A stretch of DNA of 64,000 bases from Terriglobia bacterium (GCA_965218585.1 CBDCLE010000019.1:32001-96000); one strand, 5' to 3'. Positions 1-8,793 are shown, counted from the stretch's first letter. Numbers and translations are program-made. The notes: generated by a model not told the origin, from the letters alone.

Positions 1-1589
1 CATCGGAAGCACGCGACACGGCTTCTGAACGACATTCTGAGGGGCGAACGGCCCCGACGGCAACCGCGCGGCCGGGTCCGTCGATACGGCCCCGCGGTGC
101 AGGCCGCCCTGATCGCGGCCTGGCGCACAGTCAATGATGTCTGTGGCAAACGGCTCGTTCCGTTTCTGCCGGAGCTGATCCCGACCATGGAGCGTCACGG
201 GCATCTGTCATTGTCTGATAAAACGCGGGCGGATCTGCTTGAGCTGAGCGCCGCCACGGCTGATCGGATCTTCCGTCAATTCCGATTCGATCATCGACCG
301 CACGGCAAGACCACCACCAAGTCCGGACAGTTACTCAAACACCGCGTTCCGATTCGCACATTCGCCGACTGGGCGGACACGCGGCCGGGATTCATGGAAG
401 CGGACTTGGTTGCACACTGCGGCGGGAACTCGGAAGGCCCTTTCCTCCACACCCTGGTACTGACCGACGTGGCGACCGGCTGGACCGAATGTCTGGCGTT
501 GCTACGGCGTACGGAGGCGGACATTCTGCAGGCGCTCACGACGGCACGGCAGATCCTTCCGTTTCAGCTTGTCGGCCTGGACACGGATAACGGTTCCGAG
601 TTCATGAACTACGGACTCCTCGCCTACTGCGAGCGTGAAACGATTCAATTCACCCGAGGCCGGGCGCGCCGGAAGAACGACCAGTGCTTCGTCGAACAGA
701 AGAACGGCTCGATCGTCCGCCAATTGGTCGGCTACGACCGCTACGAAGGCTCACTGGCATACAGGCAGCTTGCCGAGCTCTACCGAGTGGTCCGGCTCTA
801 CGTGAACTTCTTCCAGCCGTCCATGAAGCTCACGACGAAGACTCGCGATGGATCCCGGGTGACGAAACGCTACGATATCGCGCAAACACCCTATCAACGG
901 CTCTCGAATTCGGATGCGCTCGACCCGGAGGTTCGCGTTCGCCTTGCTGCGATTTATGAACGTTCGGATCCGGTCGATCTCCTACGACAGCTTGAGAAAC
1001 TCCAGGATGCATTCTGGAGACATGCGAAGGAACTGGCCTCTCCCACGCTAACGGACGACATCGTGCGCGCCGCCCTTGTGTCCCCGAACTGCGACGCAGA
1101 TGCAGACCGAGCCCCGATTGAGGCGGAACTCCCCGATCCCGGCTTCGAGCAACGAATCACGCGTCGGTATCGCAAAACACGGAAACAACCTGTGCCCCAC
1201 ATCTGGCGTACTCGCCCGGACCCGTTCGACGGCGTCTGGGAGGAGATGCGGTCATGGCTTGAATCCGATCCCGGGCGAACATCAAAGTCGCTGTTGCTTG
1301 AGCTTCAGCAGCGGCGCCCGGGACGTTACCCCAACGGTCAGTTACGGACCCTGCAGCGGCGCGTGCGCGAATGGCGGCGTCAGATTCTGGAGACTTTCGA
1401 TGGCGAGTGGCTCGAACTGGATCGGGTCCGCCCGGCTTCAGCATCTGCGGGCGACGGGGGCTGTGGAAAAGGCGGTCGCCCCACAGCCTCGACGGCGGGA
1501 AGAACTCTCCCGTTTGACCGGTCGTTCGGTAACATTTCTAATGAGGCAACAACCCTCAGTTCGGTAACATTTTTAAATGAGGCAATACG
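1..1589 (+). mobile_element. Right part of an ISNCY-like insertion sequence
   Basis: Transposase followed by two direct repeats GTTCGGTAACATTT..AATGAGGCAA (1524-1549, 1559-1585) ending ...GAGGCAATACG. Confidence 0.7.
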
Positions 1590-1616
1590 AGAAGGAATTC
1601 TGATTGACGTTGGACA

Positions 1617-2198
<582 letters not shown>

Positions 2199-2238
2199 GG
2201 CGATTACTCACTTCACACGCTCAAATCTGCATAGAGAT

Positions 2239-2287
2239 TTGCCACTAACTCCAGAAGCCCCTAGAATTATTACACTCTAGGGGCTTC
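2239..2287 (+). promoter_or_regulatory. Sigma70-type promoter of the tRNA, overlapped by a 12-bp inverted repeat
   Basis: TTGCCA(2239-2244)-17 bp-TAGAAT(2262-2267). IR GAAGCCCCTAGA(2254-2265)/TCTAGGGGCTTC(2276-2287). Confidence 0.7.
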
Positions 2288-2292
2288 ATTTT

Positions 2293-2378
2293 GGAGAGGT
2301 GGCTGAGAGGTTTAAAGCGGGTGACTTCTAATCACTTGTGGGCACAATCCACCGTGGGTTCGAATCCCACCCTCTCCT
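2293..2378 (+). tRNA. tRNA with serine-type body and long variable arm but anticodon TCT (Arg, AGA)
   Basis: Acceptor GGAGAGG/CCTCTCC. D-arm GCTG-AGAGGTTTA-AAGC. Anticodon arm GGTGA-CTTCTAA-TCACT (TCT at 2327-2329). Variable arm GTGGG-CACAA-TCCAC. T-arm GTGGG-TTCGAAT-CCCAC. Discriminator T, CCA not encoded. Confidence 0.92.
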
Positions 2379-2419
2379 CTAAGCTGCTCTCCCCAAATTC
2401 AATTTTAGTACGACTATCA

Positions 2420-3175
2420 TCACCGAAAGACTGTCATAGGGAAGGTCGAAAACATGAGGCCATCAAAGAATAATCCTATAGCACTTACCGGAGAATCACA
2501 GAACAATGTACCCCTCCTAATTATAAATTCATCCTCTGGAAGACTCAGTATCTCATCTATGAATAGAGTATGACTGCTCTTTGATCCAATAGAAAACTCA
2601 AAGAAGTATTCTTCTTTGTAGAATACTTCTATTGAGCAATTTGCATCTCTATTTTGGTCATTAGCAATTCCCACAGCCATACGCTGCCCAATCTCTACCC
2701 ACTGGTTAATCCACAATGTAAGAAATTCTCCTGGTTGGGAGGAAAAGACAGCTGCTATTCCATAGGGAAAATAGTTAGCGTCATAGAACCCATATTGTAT
2801 GAATGCTGCAACAGGAGCAGTACATTCCAAAGTAGCATATCCAGTCTCTATGTCACTACCAGCACCGGTAGTTCTTACCAACATATTTGGATTATTCTCT
2901 GGAAAAGTAAAAGCTGCCCCATCATCAATTATAGAGAATACCGGACTAGGAACAAGCCGATCTGAGCTTATCCCATAGAGAGTATAAGCACATCGAGGAT
3001 TGTTCGGATAGCTAGTATTGGTAAGGTATAAATGGGAGAAGAAGTGTGCCCCATCCCCAAACTCCCCATCTGCTATCACAGGAAATACATGATAGGTTTT
3101 GGATGTCTCATCTACGTTCTGTCCTAGCGCCGAAGCAGAAACCAACAGAAAAGATAACAAAGTTAGGAATTTCAT
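2420..3175 (-). CDS. Hypothetical secreted protein (transposon passenger)
   Basis: Intact ORF of about 251 aa. GGAG upstream of ATG 3175, signal peptide MKFLTLLSFLLVSASALG, four Cys. Confidence 0.75.
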   Translation of the reverse strand: MKFLTLLSFLLVSASALGQNVDETSKTYHVFPVIADGEFGDGAHFFSHLYLTNTSYPNNPRCAYTLYGISSDRLVPSPVFSIIDDGAAFTFPENNPNMLVRTTGAGSDIETGYATLECTAPVAAFIQYGFYDANYFPYGIAAVFSSQPGEFLTLWINQWVEIGQRMAVGIANDQNRDANCSIEVFYKEEYFFEFSIGSKSSHTLFIDEILSLPEDEFIIRRGTLFCDSPVSAIGLFFDGLMFSTFPMTVFR

Positions 3176-3361
3176 GGAAGGCTCCAATTGAAATCCTATG
3201 CTGAGGGAATGGTACAGAAGAAAGCTATCAGGTAAGATACCGTCTAGGCTAACTCTTCCTCAGCATAGGAGGGTTAGCTCAGAACCCGCTCGGTGACTGT
3301 AACACTGGGCGGGTTCGTCCCAATCCCCTCATAATATCACACATGAGGTTTGCTCAATGAC

Positions 3362-3390
3362 TTGACTTTCACGACAAATCGTGCTCTAAT
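3362..3390 (+). promoter_or_regulatory. Sigma70-type promoter upstream of the putative ncRNA
   Basis: TTGACT(3362-3367)-17 bp-TCTAAT(3385-3390) with a TG extended -10. CACGA/TCGTG palindrome in the spacer. Confidence 0.55.
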
Positions 3391-3405
3391 ACAAGCGGTG
3401 CGGTG

Positions 3406-3624
3406 CATGAATAGAATGAACCAGTCATATCACAAATTCTGAGAGAAAACAGCTCTCAGAAAAGGAGGTGCCATGTGAACGGATTTGGCGGACTACATGA
3501 ACCAACTCCTATAGTGTAGATGAGACGGACACAAGTGCAGGCATTTCTTAGGTTTGGTGGTTACTAATCAATGCCCTGTCCGCCTCATCAATCACCGAGA
3601 CATGACTGGTTCATTCTATTCATG
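3406..3624 (+). ncRNA. Putative structured non-coding RNA
   Basis: Perfect 23-bp terminal IR (3406-3428/3602-3624) encloses a short hairpin (3437-3461), AAAGGAGGTG-CC-ATG-TGA, and a long hairpin (3519-3589). No long ORF. Confidence 0.55.
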
Positions 3625-3714
3625 AATCCTACATAGCAAATTTTCCCCCTTGCAATTTTCGTCCTTCATGTGCTAAAATCAGGTATAGGAAACGACGTAA
3701 GGAGGAAAGAAAAA

Positions 3715-3936
3715 ATGCAAGTTGGACCATCTATCTTATTGCGTGAAATACCACCCGATGGGATTCGTCTGATTCTCCAAAGTACAAATCAACCCCACGA
3801 CATCCCAGGGAAACGTCTCCTTTCAAAAGCTGAGGCTGCTCTTTTAGCTTTTGGGCTTCTTCTGGAGTTAGGGCACACCACGGACAATCAGATTCTTGAT
3901 TCTTTTCATTGGGCTGAGAAATTTCTGCAGCAATAA
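3715..3936 (+). CDS. Small hypothetical protein (73 aa)
   Basis: Promoter TTGCAA-18 bp-TAAAAT (3650-3679), SD AAGGAGG, ATG at 3715. Confidence 0.6.
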   Translation: MQVGPSILLREIPPDGIRLILQSTNQPHDIPGKRLLSKAEAALLAFGLLLELGHTTDNQILDSFHWAEKFLQQ

Positions 3937-4009
3937 CCGAAGAGTGCGTCAAGTTAGTTGACATTTGCTTACCTCCAAGATAAGACGTTGGCAGTCAAGG
4001 AAAAGAGAA

Positions 4010-4228
4010 ATGCAATTCAGCATTGATCGCGTTCAAGGCTTAGTAAATAGAGTTGAACTTGCCGGATCGACTGGAAAGAACAAATTATTGTGCTTGAATT
4101 TTCACCTCGAACCACTACAGCTTCAGTATCTCCCCTTTCAACCTGAAGTCCTCCTTCTAATTGCACCCAACGAGGCACAGAAGCTATCCGACGATCTGCT
4201 AAAGCTTCTAATTCCGCATCAGAGGTAG
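4010..4228 (+). CDS. Small hypothetical protein (72 aa)
   Basis: TTGACA at 3958-3963, AAGGA upstream of ATG 4010. Stop codon abuts the right TIR. Confidence 0.55.
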   Translation: MQFSIDRVQGLVNRVELAGSTGKNKLLCLNFHLEPLQLQYLPFQPEVLLLIAPNEAQKLSDDLLKLLIPHQR

Positions 4229-4251
4229 AGCGTGTCAAGTGAGTAATCGCC

Positions 4252-4273
4252 GAATTTTCGTGTCGAGTTTCAT
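4252..4273 (-). pseudogene. sdhA: First seven codons of sdhA (MKLDTKI)
   Basis: ATG at 4273 just downstream of sdhC. Joins the 1617-2198 fragment in frame across the TSD. Confidence 0.85.
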
Positions 4274-4281
4274 CAGTTGAT

Positions 4282-4944
4282 TCAGCTCACTACGCCGATC
4301 AGCATGGCGATCGGGATGGATATGTAGCCCAGGACGATGAGGGAGCTGACGACGACCGATCCGTGCCGAATCAGCGGATCATATCTGGAGTGATTGAGGC
4401 CCAGGGACTGAAACATGCTCCAGATCCCATGTCCCATATGAAGTCCGAGGCTTCCCACGGCTGCTATATAAAATATCGCTACAGGCCACTCCTGGAATCC
4501 TGTGACTACGTTTCGATAAACACTTTCCGCGTTGAAGTTCGGGTACGACGGATGAACCGTGCCGAACGTAAAGTGCAATAGATGGTAAATCACGAAAAGT
4601 GCGATGATGGGCCCGCTCCAAACCATCGTGCGAGACGCGTAACTCGCGTCCCTGTATTTGTGGCGTTGGTAGGGCACAGGGCGGGCCGATCGGTTCCGAG
4701 TCGCAAGATGCACTGCGGCCAGGACGTGAAAGCCGACCGCGCTAACAAGGGAGATTCGGGCGGTCCAGAGGAACTGTGGCGTTCCCTTCAGCAGCTTTGC
4801 CCAAGCGTCGAGGGTTTCCGGACCTGCGAAGATCTGGAGATTTCCGGCCAGGTGCCCAATGATGAACCCGAAAAGGACAATGCCGGTCGCGACCACCACG
4901 ATCTTCTTGCCGAGGGATGAACGATAAAAGCCGGGAATCCACAT
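4282..4944 (-). CDS. sdhC: Succinate dehydrogenase cytochrome b subunit
   Basis: SSLGKK..ATG, GHLAGNL, YASRTM, HLLHFT, HMGHGIWSMFQSLG; five TM helices; upstream of sdhA. Confidence 0.9.
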   Translation of the reverse strand: MWIPGFYRSSLGKKIVVVATGIVLFGFIIGHLAGNLQIFAGPETLDAWAKLLKGTPQFLWTARISLVSAVGFHVLAAVHLATRNRSARPVPYQRHKYRDASYASRTMVWSGPIIALFVIYHLLHFTFGTVHPSYPNFNAESVYRNVVTGFQEWPVAIFYIAAVGSLGLHMGHGIWSMFQSLGLNHSRYDPLIRHGSVVVSSLIVLGYISIPIAMLIGVVS

Positions 4945-4952
4945 CGCGCTTT

Positions 4953-5453
4953 CTATTCCAGGAATGGCTGGCTGGTGTCTTCAGTTGCGGCTTCGAGATC
5001 GTGCTCAATGATAGTGCGCGCACAGGCGTTCCACCTCAGCAGCGCGTCGTCGTTGCCCGGAGGGCGGTTCTGCTCCGATTTCTCATACCAGTCCATGGCC
5101 TTACGGAGCCAATCGTAGGCTACGTATCCGGACCCATGGGACCCCTGCTTGAGATGAGCCCGGCCGCGTCTCTCAGAGACGAGGCCTGAATAATAGGTTC
5201 TTTCGTACTGGTCCCGAATCCTGGGAAGCAAGTCTCGAGCCCGGGTATATGTGTCCCGCTCACTGTGAGAGAACTCGTCCGTGAGTGCGAGAAGGAGTAC
5301 GACGAGCGCCTCCTGGTTTTCCGGGTCGATCTCGAGAATGTCCAGGCAGATGCTCTCCGCCTGCTCGGGTTCGTTCAAGAGGCGGTACTTTTTCGCCCGT
5401 TCGAGAGCTCGGAGTAGGGTTTCTCCGGATAAAGGCTTGAATTGAAACTGCAT
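4953..5453 (-). CDS. Conserved hypothetical protein, TPR-like
   Basis: Helical 166-aa ORF (YRLLNEPEQAESICLDIL, DDALLRWNAC), apparently co-transcribed with sdhC. Confidence 0.75.
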   Translation of the reverse strand: MQFQFKPLSGETLLRALERAKKYRLLNEPEQAESICLDILEIDPENQEALVVLLLALTDEFSHSERDTYTRARDLLPRIRDQYERTYYSGLVSERRGRAHLKQGSHGSGYVAYDWLRKAMDWYEKSEQNRPPGNDDALLRWNACARTIIEHDLEAATEDTSQPFLE

Positions 5454-5674
5454 CTGTGGTTTTTAGCCGAATGCCGAAGGGCTCATCGAATAGAGATGAG
5501 CATAGCGACGAACTCCCAGAATGTTCCGAAAAAGACGGGATCTTTTGTCTAGCATCTGCACAAGGCTTTGTCGGGTTTGTCAACAGGTCCTCGTGGAGTT
5601 CTTTTGACCTGTGGCCTGCGAAGCCAGGGAGAGCGGACCGCAGAGGAAGAGGTGCTGGGGTGCCCATCGCGTCT

Positions 5675-5705
5675 ACGGACTGTCAGCTTCATTGCTTTGT
5701 TATGC
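5675..5705 (-). other. Truncated attC-like site
   Basis: Minus strand GCATAACAAAGCAATGAAGCTGACAGTCCGT begins at the stop codon. Near-identical copy at 8812-8841. Confidence 0.6.
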
Positions 5706-6509
5706 CTCACTTGAACTCAGGTCACCTTGACTAATTTCTTCGTATTCTCGCCGAATGACCTCTGCGCCGTATTTTCGCTCCAAGCGTCTGACGGTGAAAT
5801 GGCCGCATGCCATATCTTGAAAATGATTGATAAATACGAGATTGATCGCTGCGCCTCCAGCTCCGCCTATTGCGGGTACGGCTTGTGCAGCGAACTTCTC
5901 GGACACCGGCACACTGAATCGAGTGGCAACCTTCGTAATTAGTCGAACAATCGCGGGGGCACCTTCTGTGGCGAGCCCTTTTTTGGCTATGTATTTTGCG
6001 GCTTCAGAAACAGCTCGAGCTAGCGCGGCGCGTGTGGCGTAGTATCCGGTTTCTGCACCATCGTCGGCTTGTGAGTGCCCTCCAAGCGCGAACACCTCGA
6101 TGCACGCGAGCTGAGTGTCCGCCATACGAATATTCTCGCCCTCGCCACGAGCGATATCCGCTATCGAACGGAGCATGATGGTTGTCGACACGGGTAGCTC
6201 AATCGCCAATGCAGGAAGACCAAACGCACCACCAACTGCGCCACTCAGTGTCGTAAGTATCTTATGCGTGAGGTTGGACGGTCTTAGATCACGCTCGTTG
6301 TTCATAGTGGCAACGGCCAGTCGCAAGGAAGATTCGAGGGCGTTACGTGTAGCGTCCCCGATACGTCGGGAGACGGAATCGGGGAGTTTATCCACGGCAT
6401 GTTCGATCGGCTTTCCGATAAGGTTCGTGACCTCAATGGCGAAACCGGGATCCTCAAGGATGCCGACCGCATCTTTGAGAGCTTGAAGGTCATCGGCTTC
6501 AAGTTTCAT
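5700..6509 (-). CDS. EcsC family protein
   Basis: GAVGGAFGLPALAIELPVSTTIMLRSIADIAR, AQAVPAIGGAGGAAIN, GHFTVRRLERKYG. Confidence 0.85.
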   Translation of the reverse strand: MKLEADDLQALKDAVGILEDPGFAIEVTNLIGKPIEHAVDKLPDSVSRRIGDATRNALESSLRLAVATMNNERDLRPSNLTHKILTTLSGAVGGAFGLPALAIELPVSTTIMLRSIADIARGEGENIRMADTQLACIEVFALGGHSQADDGAETGYYATRAALARAVSEAAKYIAKKGLATEGAPAIVRLITKVATRFSVPVSEKFAAQAVPAIGGAGGAAINLVFINHFQDMACGHFTVRRLERKYGAEVIRREYEEISQGDLSSSEA

Positions 6510-6533
6510 GGCGTTCCTTGCCCTGGTTTGGTG

Positions 6534-6590
6534 GCGTAACGGATTCGGAATTCTGTTGGCGGACCACGATGCCGACTCCCGAAGTTAGAA
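6534..6590 (-). other. Degenerate attC-like site
   Basis: Minus strand TTCTAAC-TTCGGGA...TTCCGAA-TCC-GTTACGC between two co-oriented genes. Confidence 0.4.
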
Positions 6591-6597
6591 AATATTG

Positions 6598-7098
6598 TCA
6601 GGTTTCGTTTTCGGTTGTGGCCCGGTCGATCCACTTCTTTGCGAGGCCGTGATGATCCTTCCATGCACTCCATGTGGAATCCGCCCACTCCCTGACCCGC
6701 TTGACGTGTTCTTCGGGATCGGCGGCGCCGTGCACATGAATAATCGTCAGCTCACCCCGCCGGCCGAGGGCAGGCCCATCAGGTTTCTCAATGGCCTTCG
6801 CGCCATTCAACCATCGTTGTAAGGACTGATTGATGGCATCGGTCTCCTTGCTTTCGAGGGCCACCCACATGCCAGTGAGGTGCGCAGCAAACGATTTCCC
6901 CGACCGCATGTATCGTGGATGTTGCAAGGCGTACGTGTCTACGGTCAGGCGAAGAAGTTTTCCGTATCGGTAGTCTTCAAATTCCCGGGCGAGGACCTCG
7001 TCGAAAAGCGTCTGACAGCTTGGGTTGCCTTCAGACACTAGTGCGCCGCAATCTTCGCATTGGCGACCCGATGTCGCCTGAGGGTCAGGGTTCGGCAT
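6598..7098 (-). CDS. DUF5946-like hypothetical protein
   Basis: CEDCG, TVDTYALQHP, SFAAHL, WADSTWSAW. TAATG overlap with the upstream gene. Confidence 0.7.
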   Translation of the reverse strand: MPNPDPQATSGRQCEDCGALVSEGNPSCQTLFDEVLAREFEDYRYGKLLRLTVDTYALQHPRYMRSGKSFAAHLTGMWVALESKETDAINQSLQRWLNGAKAIEKPDGPALGRRGELTIIHVHGAADPEEHVKRVREWADSTWSAWKDHHGLAKKWIDRATTENET

Positions 7099-7646
7099 TA
7101 TGAGTCGGCGGCATTGCCCGTCCAGCCGTTTCGTTCGATCGTACTGGTGATGTGTGCAAGATGGTGTCGCCCGTGCCATGTATAGCTTCCCACGTTCCAC
7201 CGCAGCTCGGTTGGTCCCGAAACCGGGTGTACAAATCGTCGGGACAACTGATCGGGCGATAGAGCACGAAGCAGAACTACCCATCTTTCGTGGAGTGCTG
7301 CCAGAAACTTCAGGCTCGTCTGAACAGGAGTGTCGCCATAATCAGCCAGCTCAGCCCAACGTTGCTCGTCATAAACCTTGATCAGTGGCTCCTCTTCGGT
7401 CAGCGCCCACTTGAATCGGACGTAGCTGTGGAGGTGACTGTCCCCGACGTGGTGGACAACCTGGCGGAGCGTCCAGCCACCCGGCCGGTACGCTGTGTTC
7501 AGTTGATCGTCGCTCAAGACGTTTACCGCCTTGAGCATCTGCTCAGGGAGCGCCTGGATTTGCCCGATCCAGAGATCAAGATCATCATCGGCCACGGGCC
7601 CGTCATGTTCGAACAGGCCAATCGGGTAGCGAAGGTCTTTCATCAC
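7098..7646 (-). CDS. YfiT/DinB-superfamily metal-dependent hydrolase or thiol transferase
   Basis: DLRYPIG, YRPGGWTLRQVVHHVGDSH, WHGRHHLAHI. Confidence 0.88.
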   Translation of the reverse strand: MMKDLRYPIGLFEHDGPVADDDLDLWIGQIQALPEQMLKAVNVLSDDQLNTAYRPGGWTLRQVVHHVGDSHLHSYVRFKWALTEEEPLIKVYDEQRWAELADYGDTPVQTSLKFLAALHERWVVLLRALSPDQLSRRFVHPVSGPTELRWNVGSYTWHGRHHLAHITSTIERNGWTGNAADS

Positions 7647-7647
7647 T

Positions 7648-8133
7648 TCAGTTCGCTGTTTCCCACTCTTCGTCCGTTGCCGGCTGCTTCTGGTATTCCA
7701 TCACCATGAGCCAAGCCCCGCCTTTCCGTACAAGCAGCCCTTCGAAATGGACCGTGGCGACTGTCTGATTCCCATCCTCCGGTTTCAGCGTGTACCGGAA
7801 GATCCCGGTCTCGTGTGCTGTCGTCTCGTCGTGAAGCCGCTCGGTGAATCGGAACGTGACGCTGGCCTGGGCCTTTCCGTCGCGGGTGTCAAGGAAACCC
7901 TGCTCCCATCCCGCGAATGCCTGCTCAATTGGATAGCTGGTCCCCGACTGCAAGTTGACCAGGATCGCATCGGGATGATAGAGTCGGCTGTAATCCTCGA
8001 AATCGCCTTCCTCGACAGTCCGAGCTACCTCGACCCAGTAGTCGTCGAGCTCGGCGATGACCTGGGCTTCGACAACTGAGGGAGAGAGAAGGATCAGACC
8101 GTTGATTGAGAGCCGAATCAAAGTTGACTTCAT
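7648..8133 (-). CDS. Secreted NTF2/SnoaL-like (DUF4440) protein
   Basis: Signal peptide, EGDFEDYSRLYHPDA, TAHETGIFRY, WLMVMEYQ. Confidence 0.75.
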   Translation of the reverse strand: MKSTLIRLSINGLILLSPSVVEAQVIAELDDYWVEVARTVEEGDFEDYSRLYHPDAILVNLQSGTSYPIEQAFAGWEQGFLDTRDGKAQASVTFRFTERLHDETTAHETGIFRYTLKPEDGNQTVATVHFEGLLVRKGGAWLMVMEYQKQPATDEEWETAN

Positions 8134-8167
8134 TAGAGCCTCCGAAAGTCGTGACGAAGTTGCTGGT

Positions 8168-8779
8168 TCAACCGTTTTGGTCATACGCCGCTCGCAGCAA
8201 ATGCTCCACCTCACCAGTGATTTCCTCCACGGATGTCAAGGAGAGCTTGTGCGTTGCCTGTCCGGGCACCTTTGCTGGGATCAGTAGCTTGGAGTCGGGC
8301 GGATCCGTGTAGCGCAACCCAACGTCCAACCGGGTGCGAGTTGCGGCGGCCACTGCCGCAAACTGTCGACGTCGCACAAATGGAGTGTAGGTTGCGCGAC
8401 CTTCCAATCTGATATCGTTTCCGAACGCCTCTACGATCTTAAGTAAGCGATCAAAGATAGGGCTCAACGTCGTCTTTGCGCCGGCGTACTGCTGATCGAC
8501 ATACTCCTTGGTGCTAGGCCGCTGCCACCCCGCGGCTCGCGCAGCCGCATCGGCGATGGTCCACTGTGAGTTCTGCCCCACCCCGTGTTCGGCCTTCAAC
8601 CAACGGCGTACGGCCTTCTGGTCCAACGAATCGATCGGGCCAGAGTCAACGATGGCCACCCACTCCTGCAATGTGCGTCCCGTGCGCTCTCGCATGGACT
8701 CGGCAACTGCGGCCATCATGTCTCGTGGGTTCTTGGACTTCACCGATGGATTGCCCCCGGAACACTGATTGTCGAACAA
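8168..8779 (-). CDS. DUF4287/DUF5655-like protein
   Basis: ERTGRTLQEW, WLKAEHG, YVDQQYAG, RRRQFAA, LLRAAY. Start uncertain. Confidence 0.75.
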   Translation of the reverse strand: MFDNQCSGGNPSVKSKNPRDMMAAVAESMRERTGRTLQEWVAIVDSGPIDSLDQKAVRRWLKAEHGVGQNSQWTIADAAARAAGWQRPSTKEYVDQQYAGAKTTLSPIFDRLLKIVEAFGNDIRLEGRATYTPFVRRRQFAAVAAATRTRLDVGLRYTDPPDSKLLIPAKVPGQATHKLSLTSVEEITGEVEHLLRAAYDQNG

Positions 8780-8793
8780 TCGACTGCTCGTCC

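Larger units (their letters stand above)
2199..4251. mobile_element. Non-autonomous cargo-carrying transposon (IS1595-family-like ends, no transposase)
   Basis: TIRs GGCGATTACTCACTT(C/G)ACACGCTC at 2199-2222 and 4228-4251 match 23/24. TSD GAATTTTC at 2191-2198 and 4252-4259. Removing it restores the sdhA frame [16 protein letters not shown]. Interior is visibly AT-rich. Confidence 0.93.

Noticed and set aside
1524-1585. CRISPR-like direct repeats
   Set aside because: Only two copies with a 9-bp gap at an IS end and no cas genes; better explained as transposase binding sites
2325-2332. Reading the tRNA as an amber suppressor (CTA in the loop)
   Set aside because: The stem GGTGA/TCACT fixes the 7-nt loop CTTCTAA with TCT at positions 34-36; a CTA register breaks the stem
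2291-2473. 60-aa ORF over the tRNA
   Set aside because: It is a shadow of the tRNA gene with a TTG start and no RBS
3406-3624. Firm retron call
   Set aside because: The architecture is reminiscent, but no reverse transcriptase is in the element or window; kept only as an analogy
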